A DNA stretch of 63,981 nucleotides, counting the filler, from Ministeria vibrans ATCC 50519 (taxonomy: Eukaryota; Protista; Filasterea): assembly GCA_943704425.1 (NCBI GenBank). It is 10 parts of 10 records of this genome, joined end to end, with 100 filler letters (N's around TTAATTAATTAA, not from the genome) between each part and the next. Parts side by side here need not be neighbours in the genome. Positions count along the whole stretch, not along the records: positions 1 to 14,533 come from CALSCP010002816.1; 9 more parts are not named here. One strand, written 5' to 3'. Position numbers and translations under genes: made by a program. Positions within the stretch are counted from its first letter, which is position 1. Every line of letters starts with the position of its first letter. The notes beneath the pieces are model-generated. The model had not been told where the DNA came from. It was given only the letters and a program-made list of their open reading frames with translations, and did not search any database. Positions 1 to 13,063 of the stretch are shown piece after piece.

Positions 1-109
<109 letters not shown>

Positions 110-142
110 GTTTGTGTTCTTCTCTGACGCTTTTTTTGGCAG

Positions 143-325
143 TGGCTTGAGGATTGTGAGGAGGAACGTTCTGCAGCCAAAGCACGTCCTATTGATTATC
201 CTCCGTGTAAGACAGACGGAGAGACATTGAGACTGTGTGTTGACTGACTGTTGTTTTGTTTTCTGTGTTTAGCGGAGAGTGAGAGCGACTCAGAGGAGGA
301 AGCGGAAGAAGGAAACGACGCGTAA
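143..325 (+). CDS. 3' end (last two exons) of an unidentified protein with an acidic tail; 5' partial
   Basis: cag|TGG... exon 143-206, GT-AG intron 207-272, exon 273-325. Reads WLEDCEEERSAAKARPIDYPPSESESDSEEEAEEGNDA*. Confidence 0.6.
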
Positions 326-1007
326 TTTTTAATAGTGTAACAAAGCAATAAAGAAAATGGGAAGAAATTACAGAGGAGAGCGGAAGGAGCGAGGAGAAGG
401 AGGAGCGGGAGTCGGAGAGGAAGGAATGAGAAGAGAGAGGGGGGAGGGAGGTGGGTCCTGGGCGGAGGAGGAGGGAAGGGGGGCGGAGGATGCGTCCGTG
501 ATGCTGGTGGTGGAGGTGGAGCCCTCCTGCGCGGCCCACACGTCCACGAGACCCACGCCCAATTCACTGTGTTTATGGTTGAGCGACGAGAGAGAGGAGG
601 AGGAAAAAGGGAAAGAAAGAAGGAAAGAAAGAAGAGAGAGAGACAGAGAGAGAAGAGAGAAAGTGATAGAAAGAGAAAAAAACAAAGAAAAGACAAAAAT
701 GCAAAGTGATAGAGAGAGTGTGTGTGAGTGCGCATACTAATCAATATGACATATCATTGTGTGTGAGATTGTTACTTGTCGTTGAGATTATGTCCAACAA
801 CGCCTGAGCCCCACGTGTGAAGTGCCCCGGCATGCCCATGCAACTCCTGTCACACACACACACAGAGAGAGAGAGAGAGGAGAAAAAAACAAAGTGATAG
901 AGAGAGAGTGAGTGAGTGAGAGAGAGTGAGTGAGAGAAAGACACACACACACACAATCAGTCATTCATTCTATTCACACACACACGCACTCGATCAGTCT
1001 TCGCGCT

Positions 1008-2869
1008 TCATACTTTGGCTTTGGTCGCCTGACGAAGCGCTGGAAGTGCCACCAGAAACCGCCCCACCGCTTCATAGTACCCAGGACACCGCCACGTCAT
1101 ATTGTGAGTGCCCGTCTACACAAACCAGCTTTTAGCATTTCTCACACCCTCTTTCTTTCACTTTGTTTCTTTCTCCCTCCTCCTCCTCTCTCTCTCTCTC
1201 TCATCACTTTGCTTCTTTCCCCCCTCCTCTCTCTCTCCTTCGTGTAGGTCTGTCTGACTTGGAATTGTTCGATAAACTTTGACTGTGAGCGGCACAGTTC
1301 AAACAGCTGACTCATCATCGTTGATGGTATCAACTCGTCCGAGAGTCCCGACAGAAACAGAACCGGAATTGTAATCCGTGTAATCTATATATCAAAGCAC
1401 AAGAGAAAAAATGTCACACACATGCACACACACACACACACACACACACTCGCACACTTTCTTTCACCCTCCCTTCCGCCTCTCTCTCTCTCGATCATTT
1501 TGTTTCGCCCTCCCTCCCTCCTCTCTCTGTCTCTCTCTCTCTCTTTCTCTCTTGTTTTTTGCAACTGACTCGTTCCGACGTGAGAAAGCATGAACGAAAA
1601 AAGAAGTTTGGCAAAAAGCGCGAAATGGGGAAAAACAAGCGAGCCATATCGGGAATGGACGTAAAGGTGTTTTCAAGGATGACCGCAGCAATCTTGCGGT
1701 GCATGTGGGGGCGGCTGGCCAAGGCAGCCGCCACAGCCCCTCCCAGGGAGCGCCCGAACAGCACCACCTTGTCGGAGGCGACGTCACCACGCGACGTCAG
1801 GTAGGTCACTGCTGCCTGTGAAATAACGGAAGGTGATAGTCAGTGCTCATGCATTGTGTATCTGTGTGTTTGAGGTTACCTCTGCGTCTGTGATGAAGCC
1901 TCGTTCGCTGGGCGACCCGGAGCTCTTCCCATACCTAAACATAATGTGTCATTGGTGGTGTTTCAGTGCCATTTCCACTTGCGTTAGAAACTGTGTCGAT
2001 CATTTTTATTCCTTCACATGAGTTATCCTTACCCGCGATACTCCACTAAGAGAATATTGACGTGACAACGCACATAGAGCGCAAGTGCATTGTGCAACCG
2101 ATGCCCAATGTCTACACAAATCAAATGTTAGCGGCGTCTTCTTCCACTCCAATTCGCAGGATGTTCGTCTCCGTCATCTTTCATGGATGATGCATACTTC
2201 CGGCATTGCCGTGGAAATAGACAATGTTGTAGGCAGAGGCAAACGCCGCCGGCGACTGCTGCTTGATAAAGAAGGCATTGAGGCGCTCCCCGTCGCTCGT
2301 CATGATGTACACATTCTCAAACTGCAACCCGCTCGCGTTGGGGGTCTGTACAAAGACGCGAGACGAGTCGGGCTGATCTGGAAAGTACAGTAGCGAATCC
2401 TACACAAGAAAAATCATACAACTCAAAACTGTCGCTCTGCTGACAACTTTTTGCCTAACGCCTACCTGATACGAATAGATAAACCACACAATACAGACAA
2501 AGAAAAGAACAAGCGTGAGGGCCACGCCAAGAAGCACAAGACAGGCGAGTGTGCAGATCCCAATGCCTACAACGCGCAAACAGAGAGCCAAATGAGAGAC
2601 ACACTCCACACACACTCTCTCTTTCTCTCGCTCTCTCTCTCTCTCTCTCTCTTCTCTCTCCATTGCAACGCGAGCAAACGGCGCCACTGCGAACCTATCG
2701 AGAGCCGTTTTCGGCGTTGCAAGAGGAATCCAATCATCTCAAGGAGCGCCTTGAGCGTTTGAAGTTTCTGTCGAACTTCTAACGAGAGAACAAGAAAAAA
2801 AGGTCCAAAGTTGTAGTGCGTCGCTTTCTGCCCTCTTCCACACATACCACGAACAAAGGCCTGTATCAT
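1008..2869 (-). CDS. ABHD13: ABHD13-like alpha/beta hydrolase, multi-exon
   Basis: N-terminal TM segment, LLYFPDQPDSSRLFV, IVYFHGNAG, nucleophile motif FGRSLGGAVA, ENTFTSIPDMA, GTHNMTW; spliced start MIQAFVREVRQK. Confidence 0.9.
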
Positions 2870-3094
2870 AGTCTCCCAATTTGCATGAAGGAGCACACAG
2901 CACAAACGGGAGGAGCGTGGGGGAAAGCAAGTCGGAGACGAATATTATTGAATATGTTAATATGAAGATAATCAAAATAATATCAAAAATCAAAAATCAA
3001 AATTTTCTCTGCATCTGTGCCTTTCCCATTGGCCAGCCGCTCCTTCGTTGCTTCCTTGTTTATACATATTTAATTTCTTCAATACTTCCCTCGC

Positions 3095-5114
3095 ATGTTG
3101 GCATCATCCAAGTCGGAGGGTCCCCATGACGATATTCTCAGTGGTACAAATATAAATCGTCAAACTGGCTGTGCTGCCCTTTTCTGACCTGCGTGACGCT
3201 CATTCGCCTTTATAGAGAGCTGGGTACACGTCACGGATGACGACAGCAACAACAGTCGCGTCTTTTCGGCGCTTCAAGAGGACGTGAACTTGAACTTGTC
3301 AAGTCACGCCTCCGAAAAAGGTACCAAAACACGTCGCCACGACAGTGCCATGTGCTGTCTCTTGCATTGTCTGAGCCGCTAGGGTCCCTTGATGCCTCTA
3401 TGCCCTTGCAATATTGCTGGTTGCGGCTGTGTTACCGCAACAGTACTAACAAAACAACATTTGCAACTTGTTTGCGTACTCAACCCCCTTTGTTCGCCTG
3501 CGGAAAAGACGCCTGGCCACCACGCTCTCATCAACACCGTTCCTTGTTTCAAATCACACAGCAGCTCCCACCCGCTTCAAAACTTCCTTTCCGCCTCGAA
3601 CAATTCATCATCATTTTTTTGCGTTTTTTTTCGCGTGTCGCACTCAGTCAGAACAAGTGCCACGTTCCAAAGCACGCGCTCCATCCCTTGCCAATGCCCC
3701 AAACTAGTACACGTGTACCTTTTTGGCATGCTAATTGTCCTCTCTAACGCCCCAATTGACTGCACTGTCGCCATTGTGTTGTCGACACAAGTTCACTCCT
3801 TGTTCTGTATTGTGTTGACAGGCTCAAACTCATCGTCGAGAAACCAGTCCCCTACCACTCAAATGATACGCGATGCACTTCTCACATCCATCAATTCCTC
3901 AGAGCCGGCAGAGGCCGGCGGGAGTTTTGTACAGATGGCGGACTCAACGCATCTGATCGAGACAGACAATGCCAAGTACGAAACAAAACCATTAACAAAA
4001 TAATTATGACAGTAATCGAACGTTATTATCATAATTCTTATTATTATTATTAGTATTATATTATTATTAGTATTATATTATTATTAGTATTATATTATTA
4101 TTAGTATTATATTATTATTAGTATTATATTATTATTAGTATTATATTATTATTAGTATTATTATTGTTGTTGTTATTATAATAATAATAATAATTATTAT
4201 TATTGTTGTTTGTCGTTGATAATAATACTATTCTTATTGCCTTTTAGGAGGTTAGATGAGACGGTTGCAGTGTGGAGCCTCAACTCTAGTATGATGGAGT
4301 CAAGTGTGTCGTCATTGAACGGATCGCAGAGACACGGGTCAAAGAATTCGAGTGTCGAGTCGAGCATTTCGATTGACGAGTCGGAGACGGGCAGCCTGCA
4401 CAATTCGACGATGGCAACGTGTATCTCGCTGACCGAGTCCGCCCTCCTCGGCGATCCCAGCAACTACATGGTGTCGCTGACGGGCATTGGACACTCGCCC
4501 GTGCAGAATGTCGTGACGGCCTCGCCCAAGCTCACCACCACCACCGACACCCCACCGTCCTCTGCACACACGACCACCAACCAGACGATACAAGCAACCA
4601 CCAACCAGACGGCATCTGTTGCTACCGCTGCTACCGTCTCGCTTGTCTCGCCCCTCCTCGTCAACGTCAGCGCCGCGACAGCTCGCGTAGTGTCGCACAG
4701 CCGTCGCACGTCGATATCGCGTCGTCTTGAGCAGCTCGACGACGGTCAGTTGCGCAGTGTCTTGCGTGCCTGTGCCACCATTCAGTCCCAGTCATCGCGC
4801 CTCTCCTCCAACACTTCCTCCCGCTGCAGTTCCTCTCTCTCCGGTCGCTACAGAATCTCTCGCGTCCGCAGAATGTACGACCTCAGAAACACACAAGGCG
4901 TCGCATATCTCTCGATTGTGTTTATCTCTCTTTCCCACTCACTGAGTCTCACTCTCTTTGTTTTGTTTGTTTGTTCAACAGGGGTCGCCATCCGCTGGTG
5001 AGGGCCGTCAGCGACTTTTACATGAGCGAGAAGCTCATTACGCTCACCATTGGCATTTGCGTTGGCTTCTGCATCAGTGGCGCCGTCCGCCTCGATAACC
5101 GCATCTCCTACTAA
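3095..5114 (+). CDS. Ser/Thr-rich tail-anchored protein with N-terminal LIR-like motif (BNIP3/NIX-like architecture)
   Basis: Splicing gives MLASSKSEGPHDDILSESWVHVTDDDS... and a last exon GRHPLVRAVSDFYMSEKLITLTIGICVGFCISGAVRLDNRISY*; internal exons only partly resolved. Confidence 0.6.
4040..4165. repeat. AT-rich 17-bp tandem repeat (TAGTATTATATTATTAT), about 7 copies, intronic
   Basis: Seen directly. Confidence 0.85.
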
Positions 5115-5261
5115 AACTTTCCCCCACCCCTTTCTTTGTCTTTCTTTCTATACAGAGCCTCCACCCTTCTTATTCTTTTTGTTTCGTCGCTTCGTCTCTC
5201 GCTGCCCCAACACGCTCACACACACACAGACACTCACATAGAAACAGTACATTGATTGTTG

Positions 5262-5991
5262 TTATCCGCTACAGCCGTGACAGCCACAGGTTGCGCACTC
5301 AAAGACCACATCGTCATCACGACTCTTGCGCGGTACCCGGCAAACACATCCGGTTCCGTGCGACGTGTCACGCGTCTGAATGCATCGCAGACAACACAAT
5401 TGCTCATAGCCAACCTAGCCGAAAAAAGGTTTAATTTTGCTTTTATCCACTGTCTGACGACGACAACAACACCCACCTTCTTCCACTTGGCAATCAGTGC
5501 GGGATCACCATAGCCTTGCTTCAGACACCAGTCGTACAGTTCGCGAGAAATCGCCTAGAAACGGAAAGATGATTAAAAAAAAAAGCGAACGTTTGACGCG
5601 TCATGTCAAGTGCTCCTTTGGCAGAGGACCAGCCACTCTCGCGCACTCTGCACAGTCCCAGCGGCAGGCGTCTCTATCCCCTCTGCCTCTGTCTCTCTCT
5701 CCCTCTCTCTCTCCCGGCCGATGTGCGTACTTTTCTCTTGTAGAACATGTCGTAAACGTATCTGGTGCGTTGGTGGTGGATTCTGTAGATGGGCCAAAGC
5801 GCCTCTTTCTGTCGCTTGCCCTCGTGCGGGTCTCTCTCGACTACACCCACAACCGGTCAGCGGCGTCCTCACGCATCGTTCCAAGCACCCCATTTACCTT
5901 CACGCATTTTCTCGTCAAACTCGTCAAGAGTCGACTCTAATAACTCAAAGCCCTCCGGTGGTGGCTTACGCGATCGTCTGACCTTTGGCAT
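5262..5991 (-). CDS. BUD31: BUD31/G10 spliceosomal protein
   Basis: [31 protein letters not shown] at the start; ends [12 protein letters not shown]. Confidence 0.95.
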
Positions 5992-6139
5992 GGTGTTAAT
6001 ATAAGCGCAAAATAATAAGTTTGTTTTGACTGTTGAGTGTTGACACTCAAACGAAAGATCAAAAAGATCAAAGATGAAAGACCAAAATTTGATTTCACAA
6101 TTTTCTGTACTCCGTGGCCGGCGCTCTCTCATCCCAAAC

Positions 6140-6491
6140 ATGGGCCTCTCAGTTGGATCGCTTCTTGAGGTCACCCTCTTGATGTTCAATGCAGTCTCTA
6201 TTTTGCACGAGCGACGCTTTCTCGCCAAAGGTCCGTCGCCATTTGCACTGTGCACTGTGTCTCACTTCCACGTAGCCGGCTGGGGGTTCGACCAACTCAA
6301 TGCCTACTCCGAATCATCTGCCAAGACACGCATCATCCAAATCATCCACGACGTCCAGAAATACGCTTTCAGTTCGAAATGGCGACAAAAGTCCGTTTTT
6401 ATTTCTTTTTTAACCCTCTTTCTCTCTCTTTTTAGTTCCTCTCATTATTTTGAACATGCTGACAATCATCTTCAAACTGGTCTTCGGCTAA
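6140..6491 (+). CDS. IER3IP1: Yos1/IER3IP1 ER membrane protein, 3 exons
   Basis: [18 protein letters not shown]|AGWGFD...[18 protein letters not shown]. Confidence 0.9.
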
Positions 6492-6640
6492 CGCTCCACC
6501 TTCCCCTCCCACTCTGTTCCTGTACACATACACACTGTATTGCACTTCATTTATCATATGACACCGCACAATAAGATAATATACTACATCGTCTTTATGT
6601 GAAAGGGACAGCTAGAGAGAGAGAGAGAGACGTCATCCTC

Positions 6641-6904
6641 TCACTCTAAAATCCTGGGCACCACATTGTCAAGGTGTGGGTGACGTGCAAAAAAGTCGAG
6701 CGAGCCAAAGCGCACAGGGACCCCCTCCGAATTGTACACTTTGCCGCGAAGGACGGCGAGCGGTGGCTTGTCGCTGCTGGTGCTCACTTGGAACGCTGGT
6801 GTCTCGTCGTAAATCCATTGGGAGTGCTATTGCAAGAAAAGAAGAAAAAAACAACCATAATAAAGACGTAATAATAATAATAATAATAATAATACTAATA
6901 ATAA

Positions 6905-6935
<31 letters not shown>

Positions 6936-8305
6936 TAGAGAATCGAGAGCTGTTCTCAATGTCAAAAGAAAACAAAAAACAAAACAAAGAAAATAATAAT
7001 AATAATATAACAATAATAATATTATAACAACAATAATTATTATAATAATAATAATAATAAAAATGTGAGAATACCGTGAGGTTGCGATGGAAGAGGGCGA
7101 CTTCGGGAAGCGACTCAGGTGCAATATCAATAATCTCTTGCGGGGATAGCTCACTGCCTCCCTACACATCACACCAGAGACGACCATACACATGAGAAGG
7201 AAGACATAAAAATAAAAATAAAATTAAAAAATAAAAAAAAAAAAAAACGAAAAATATTGCACCTCTTCATGGTACGTCTGATGGGCCATCTGCGCGACTA
7301 CTTGCTCAGTACGCCCCATGAGCGACCCACACTCGTCGTCTGCGTCAACCACATCCGCCAGTTGTGTTACCCTGTCGCGCACCGATACAGTGCCACGGTT
7401 CAATCCCACGCGCGCCAGAAACACCTTGGCGAGAGCGAGAGCGAGACAGGTAGAGCACGTAGTTTAACGGAAATACATGCCGCTTCTTCTACTTGCACGT
7501 ACTGGATCGGGTGTAATGTGTCGCTGTAGTTGCGTAAGGTCGCTGTTGACAAGAAGCGTAAAATGGTGATAGGCAGTAAGCCTCGTTAGTCGATAGGCAG
7601 AGCCACTAATCTGCAAAAGAGAGTCAAAGAGAGTCAAGTTGTGTTGGAGCGTCTTCGCTCTCCTCCTGCCTTGTGATCGCCAATCATAATATTGTGCCGG
7701 TCGGACACGGAAGCGTCAATTGACATTTCATTTCGGAGTCCTCGGGCAACCGCTTCGACAAACCGCGTCCGACTGAACGACTGTTTGGGAGTCAAAAAGC
7801 TGCAGTTGAGATTGCCACCATCCTAACGGAGACGGACAAGAGTTTGACTTAGCGACGATTCTCTTGCGCCCTTTCGTCCGTTACATGATAAACAGCACCC
7901 CCTCCACTAGCTCGTCTTGCAAGCACAACGTTGTCGCGGCGCATGGACGTGAAGTTACACTCGACAAAGGGATTCTACAAATCGCTAAGAGTCAGTCAAA
8001 TCGAGAGTGTCAGAAAGCACAGCGCGCGCCGCTACCTGCGCTCGACCGATGACAACCTACAGAGACAAGGAAAGAGAGAGAGAGAGAAAGGGGGCGGGAG
8101 AGGCCTGTTGAGTGCACAAGGGCAGGTGGAAGGAGAGCGAGCGTACGGCAGGCTTGTTGACATACAACAGCAGCACGCGCGCCAGTTCATCGCCTTCTTG
8201 CCAGATCAGCTTCTCACGAAGGTACTCTTCCAATGCCAGGTTGTAATATACATTGTGGCTAGTCGATCGGATCACCGACACGCCCCGGCCGAGTCGAGCG
8301 AGCAT
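6641..8305 (-). CDS. LIPT1: Lipoyltransferase / lipoate-protein ligase A family, probably mitochondrial
   Basis: [73 protein letters not shown]. Confidence 0.88.
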
Positions 8306-8432
8306 GAAAATTAGTCTACTCTATTCTCAAATGACAAAGTACAATTGTAATAACTAATATTGTATTCAATTCTCATAACTCTAAAACTCAGAGCTCAGAA
8401 GTCAGAATAATTTTGATACTTCAGATTGCTGC

Positions 8433-11210
8433 TTAAGCGCCATGACGAGCAGACCCCATCAGCTGTTTGATGTGGCCCTGAAACAGCACCAGGACGCAAT
8501 CACTGTCACATCTGCTTGGCATCGCTTTCTGCCCACTCTCGCCGTCGCAACGACTGTTGAGCATGCCGGCGTGACCGGCGGTGCTGTCCACTTCTATGCC
8601 GACGATGTATGTCTTGCCTGTGTGTCTCCGTTCTTCCCATCTCGTTTTCGAAAAAAAAAAAAAAAAAAAAAAAAAAGTTAAAAACAGCGACTGGTCCTCA
8701 CGAGGCGTACGATTCCTTCTTAAAGCCATGGGCAAAGACGCGGGCAAGAGCACGACAAAGACGACCGCGCACCAACTCGACTACGGCACTGTCCACTGCG
8801 TCATCTCCCGCCGCATCATAGTCACGTACTCGCTCGTCCAAAAGCCGCGCAAACCGCGACGGGAACCACCCGCGCCGCTGGCCGTCAATCAGCCCTTCCC
8901 AGCAGTGTTCGTCCTCCCACCGCAGCAATGTAATCACATCCCCGCGCCGCAGCGTCAGCTCGTCTGCCGATGCAGCCGTATACGCATGTACCACTATATA
9001 ACACAAGGACAGCACATGAGAGTGAGTGAACTTTTAAATAAATTATGGTCTTTTTCTTTGTACCTTTGGCTCTGCGCGGTCGCTTGCCCGACACTCCCAC
9101 ATCGTCTGCGGTAAACGGGTTGCTGTAAAAGCCCGGATCAAACTCCTCTGTCATGGGAGTTGCCACAAGCGACACACTGCCATTGCCATTATTTGTGTTG
9201 GTAAAAGGGGCGCTGCTGCCCTCGACAAGCCCTGCGGATGACGACGATGACGACAACGACCGAGCACGCGCGTGCCCTTCGCAAGGCTGGAATGTCTTAA
9301 AGTGCTGAATCAGCGCCACAATGGCCTCCTTAAGCTCAACCATACGCTGGCTCTGCTCAATGTTCTTCTTGCGCATCCCATCGAGCGCCTTCTGCTCACC
9401 CGCAAACAGAGTCCCATACATACTCCCCACAGCACGGCCCAGCCACGAGCCACTCACCGCAGACCCATAGTAGCTCCCGAGTGACGCCACAGAGCTCACG
9501 CTCGACATGCGTTGCTGTCGTCGCTGCCGGGCACTCACAGGTGGCGCGCGCAACTTGGTCTGCGTAGCATTCATATCCTGCAGCAACTGCGCCCGAAACT
9601 CATCGCGCTGGGACAAAATCTCACGCTCGTTCAACACAAACTCAACAGCAAGCGCAATGAGCTCGTTCGCATTGACCATGGCGCGCTCGCGCGTCCCCTG
9701 CGCTGCCCCAACACTGCCCAGCACCGCAAACACCCCCGCCGCTTCTGTCTGCTCCATCAGCTCCCCTTGCAGCATCCGACACAGCGACAGCGCCAGCCGA
9801 AACAGAAAATCGGGGCCGTGGAAGAACAGACAGTCCCAGGCGCGCATCAGTACAGGGTACACCAAAACAGACGAGAACGCCGTAATAAACCTATTGTAAA
9901 CAAAAAAAAACAATATAAAAATTGCCTCCACGGACAAAAACAACCCCAAAACCTCTATTTAACATGTACATACCAATTGAGCGAGACAAGTGGTAGCTCC
10001 ACCTGCATCTCCGCCAAATGCGCATCCAGTTCAGGCAGCTTTGTCGTCAACAGTTCACTCAGCACCTAAGACACACAAAAAAACAAAAAAAACAAAAAAA
10101 AACAACAATCAACAACAACAATCAATCAATCAACATCAACATCAACAACAATCAACGCACAACTTTTTCTCCGTTAAAAAATCGCACCTGCTGGTCGGCT
10201 TGGGCGCCCAAGAGAACCATGCTGTAGTAACTCATGGGCATGAAGGAGTGCATGAGCGAGGTGACGCACCAGAAGGTCTCCTCCTCTTCCATCAGCAGCA
10301 GAAACGAGCACACAATCACTCCCATGCCTTGGCAGTAGCCCGTATCCGGGTGCATCCAGCAACATGCACGAAGTACGCGACGCAACCGTGCAATACCAGG
10401 CGCGTCGGGACTCGAAAAAAACAGGTTTTGTGGGAGAGTACGCAATATGTCCTTCTCAATCTCGCGCGCAGACTCGGACGTGTCGTTGTCGGGGGTCATA
10501 CAGTGACGACACACCGCCGCGTACGTCAACTGACTTCCCCTTCGTCGGAGATTCGCCCCCAGCAGGCGCTCCCACACGCGCGCACGAATGGCATGCGGTA
10601 CGCCGTCGTGAACCATCTCCTGCAGCTCAGGCGTGCGGTCAAACACGTCCACCAAATCCCAGTCAAAATCATCGTCGTCAATGTTCTGTCCGCACTGGCC
10701 CAGCAGGTACTCGTTCCAACGCTCAAAGGAGATCGCCTCCGCCTCCGCCTCCAGCTCCAGCGTGCCGTGTCGCTAAGCGAACAACCACACCAGGGTGAGC
10801 AGTGCATAGGAGACACATTGCACCAAAAAGGGCCTACCGTGCCACTGTCGCCCGTCTTCACCACAAATCCATACCGATCGTAGACAACCTCGTCATACAC
10901 TGGCGTGTCGCTGCAGACAAAGGCAAAATCCACAAGATATTAAGGATAATGACATTACTATTAATACAAAAAAAAGACGCAACCTGTTCGACGGCACAGC
11001 GTCCTCATCAAAGGAGCGCACCTCCTCGTTCGACAGTCCTTCGCGCGCATGAGCGCGTGCCAATCGCTTGGGCGCTGCAGCCCAGCCGCTTGACCAGTCC
11101 GTCTGCAAGCGAAGTTGGGCAAGTTCAGCACGAGAGTCAAGATCAGTGTGTATTACCGCTGAAGGCCTCAGCGAGGGCACCACACCCTCCAGTGGAGGAG
11201 GTGTCGACAT
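8433..11210 (-). CDS. SGSM3: SGSM3/RUTBC3-like Rab-GAP (TBC + SH3 + start of RUN); 3' end uncertain
   Basis: YDRYGF, GVPHAIRARVW, IEKDILRTLP, GYCQGMG (TBC), KKNIEQSQRMVELKEAI, SH3 motif DEHCWEG...RGWFP, LVRGRLCRALARVFAHGFKK. Confidence 0.85.
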
Positions 11211-11405
11211 TGGCGGCAGTTGTCTAGCCCGTCTTTCTTTCACAAGGAACCTGCGTGTGTGTGTGTGTGTGTGTGTGTGAACCGAACGAGCGAAAAGAAA
11301 AGTGAAAAGTTAATTAGTAAAAACTCAAGATTATTGATATTATTGTATTGACTCAGTATAGAGCTTTTGTTTTATATTATTCTCATCTCGGTGATACGGT
11401 TGACA

Positions 11406-13026
11406 ATGGACGAAGACGAGGAGTTCTGGAACGACGACGAGGAGTACGGCGACGACGAGGACGACGACGGCGACATGGACGTCGACGAGGCGGAAGACCT
11501 CAACCCAGCCGTCCACTTCGACGACCCTGTCGACGACCATTCCCCCACACACGTACGCCGTTCTTTGTTTTGTATATGTCCGCGCGCCGCTGGGCCTTCC
11601 TTCGTGTCTTAGTCGACGTAATGGTGTTTTTTTTTTTTTTTTTTTTTTTTGCTTTCTCCTTTTGCGTTGACTTCTCGCGTCCCCTTGTGCGTGTATCATC
11701 CATCGGGTTGCCCTATACGTTGTCCGCGCACAAAACACCCACGGGCGTCGCGCGAAAGCCAAGGGCCAAAAACGTCTAGTGGACACGAAACGAACGCGAA
11801 CGGAGAGCGCTTTCGCGAAACACCGTTGCGTGCGACGCTGCCAGCCCACGCGCCGTGGGTTGCCTGCCCGGGTGTGTGCATGCATGCTACATGGAAGGTC
11901 CCTTGTCGCTGCATGTGCATGGGTGCCACGTCTCGCCTGTGAACGAAACGTCATTGGCATTGGCGATCGCTCACCTCGCTTGTCATTTTGGCGTAGAAAA
12001 TCCCCTATAGAATAGTTGATCCAGAGTCCCTTCGGGCCATGCAGCAGCAAATGATCAAGCAGGTTAGAGTTTTGAGGAGTGATGTGAAAAGTGTCCGCTC
12101 ACCATGTCATCACTTCTCAGGTGGAAGATCTCACGGGTGTGACACGACCGCGAGCACGGACGCTTCTTATCTTCTTCCGTTGGGACGTCGAGGCTGTCAT
12201 GTCAGAGTTTATTGAGCGTGGTGTTGAGGTACGAGCGCACCTCTATGAACCCTCTGTGTACTGATCAGGGGAAAATGATGGCACTTTGTTTCACAGGAGC
12301 TCATGAGAAGCGCTGGCATTGTGTCGAGCGAAGAAGTGGACACTGCCAACGCAGCACCCACTCCAAAGAGAGCAAAATGCGACGTCGTGTTCTCTTGCGA
12401 AAGTTGCTTTGATGTATCAACATGGATAGAGAGAGACAATTGAGAGAGAAAAAGAGAAAAAGAGACAGATGAACTTATGTTTTATGACGTGTGTATGTAG
12501 GATGTTGACTATTCCAAGACGGAAGCCATCGAGTGTGGTCATCGCTTTTGTCGGGAGGTACGAATACGATTGACCTTGATTATTTTATTATTTTATCTAT
12601 AAACTTCTAATTATACGCTCTGCATATCTCAGTGCTGGACCTCCCACTGCGAAGTGCGCGTGCGCGAACGCAGCTGCAACCGCATTCCCTGCATGGCAAC
12701 GGACTGCAATGTTGTCCTCAACAGCGAAAAGGTTTGCTCAGCCCATCACTCCACCGTCTAACTTCCATGTGTTGCGCAATTGTTATATATTTTTCAGGTG
12801 CTGTACTTTCTGGAATCATCGGAATCGTCGCTGGTGGACCGGTACGAGTCGACGCTACTTGACAGCTACATTGAAGACAACCCACTCGTGTCATGGTGTC
12901 CGTCACAGCCGCACTGTGGCAATGCCGCCGAGAGTCTCGTAGGCGACAACACAGTCTTTGAGGTGGACTGCTCCTGCGGCCACCAGTGGTGTTTTGCCTG
13001 TACCGAACCCCCACACTCGCCCGTAC

Positions 13027-13063
<37 letters not shown>

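Noticed and set aside
340-960. Possible small minus-strand gene between the first gene fragment and ABHD13
   Set aside because: Exon-like GC-rich patches exist, but no consistent start or phase and no recognisable protein could be built.
2670-2782. Plus-strand peptide ...ALQEESNHLKERLERLKFLSNF
   Set aside because: It is antisense to ABHD13 exon 2, which splices cleanly in frame.
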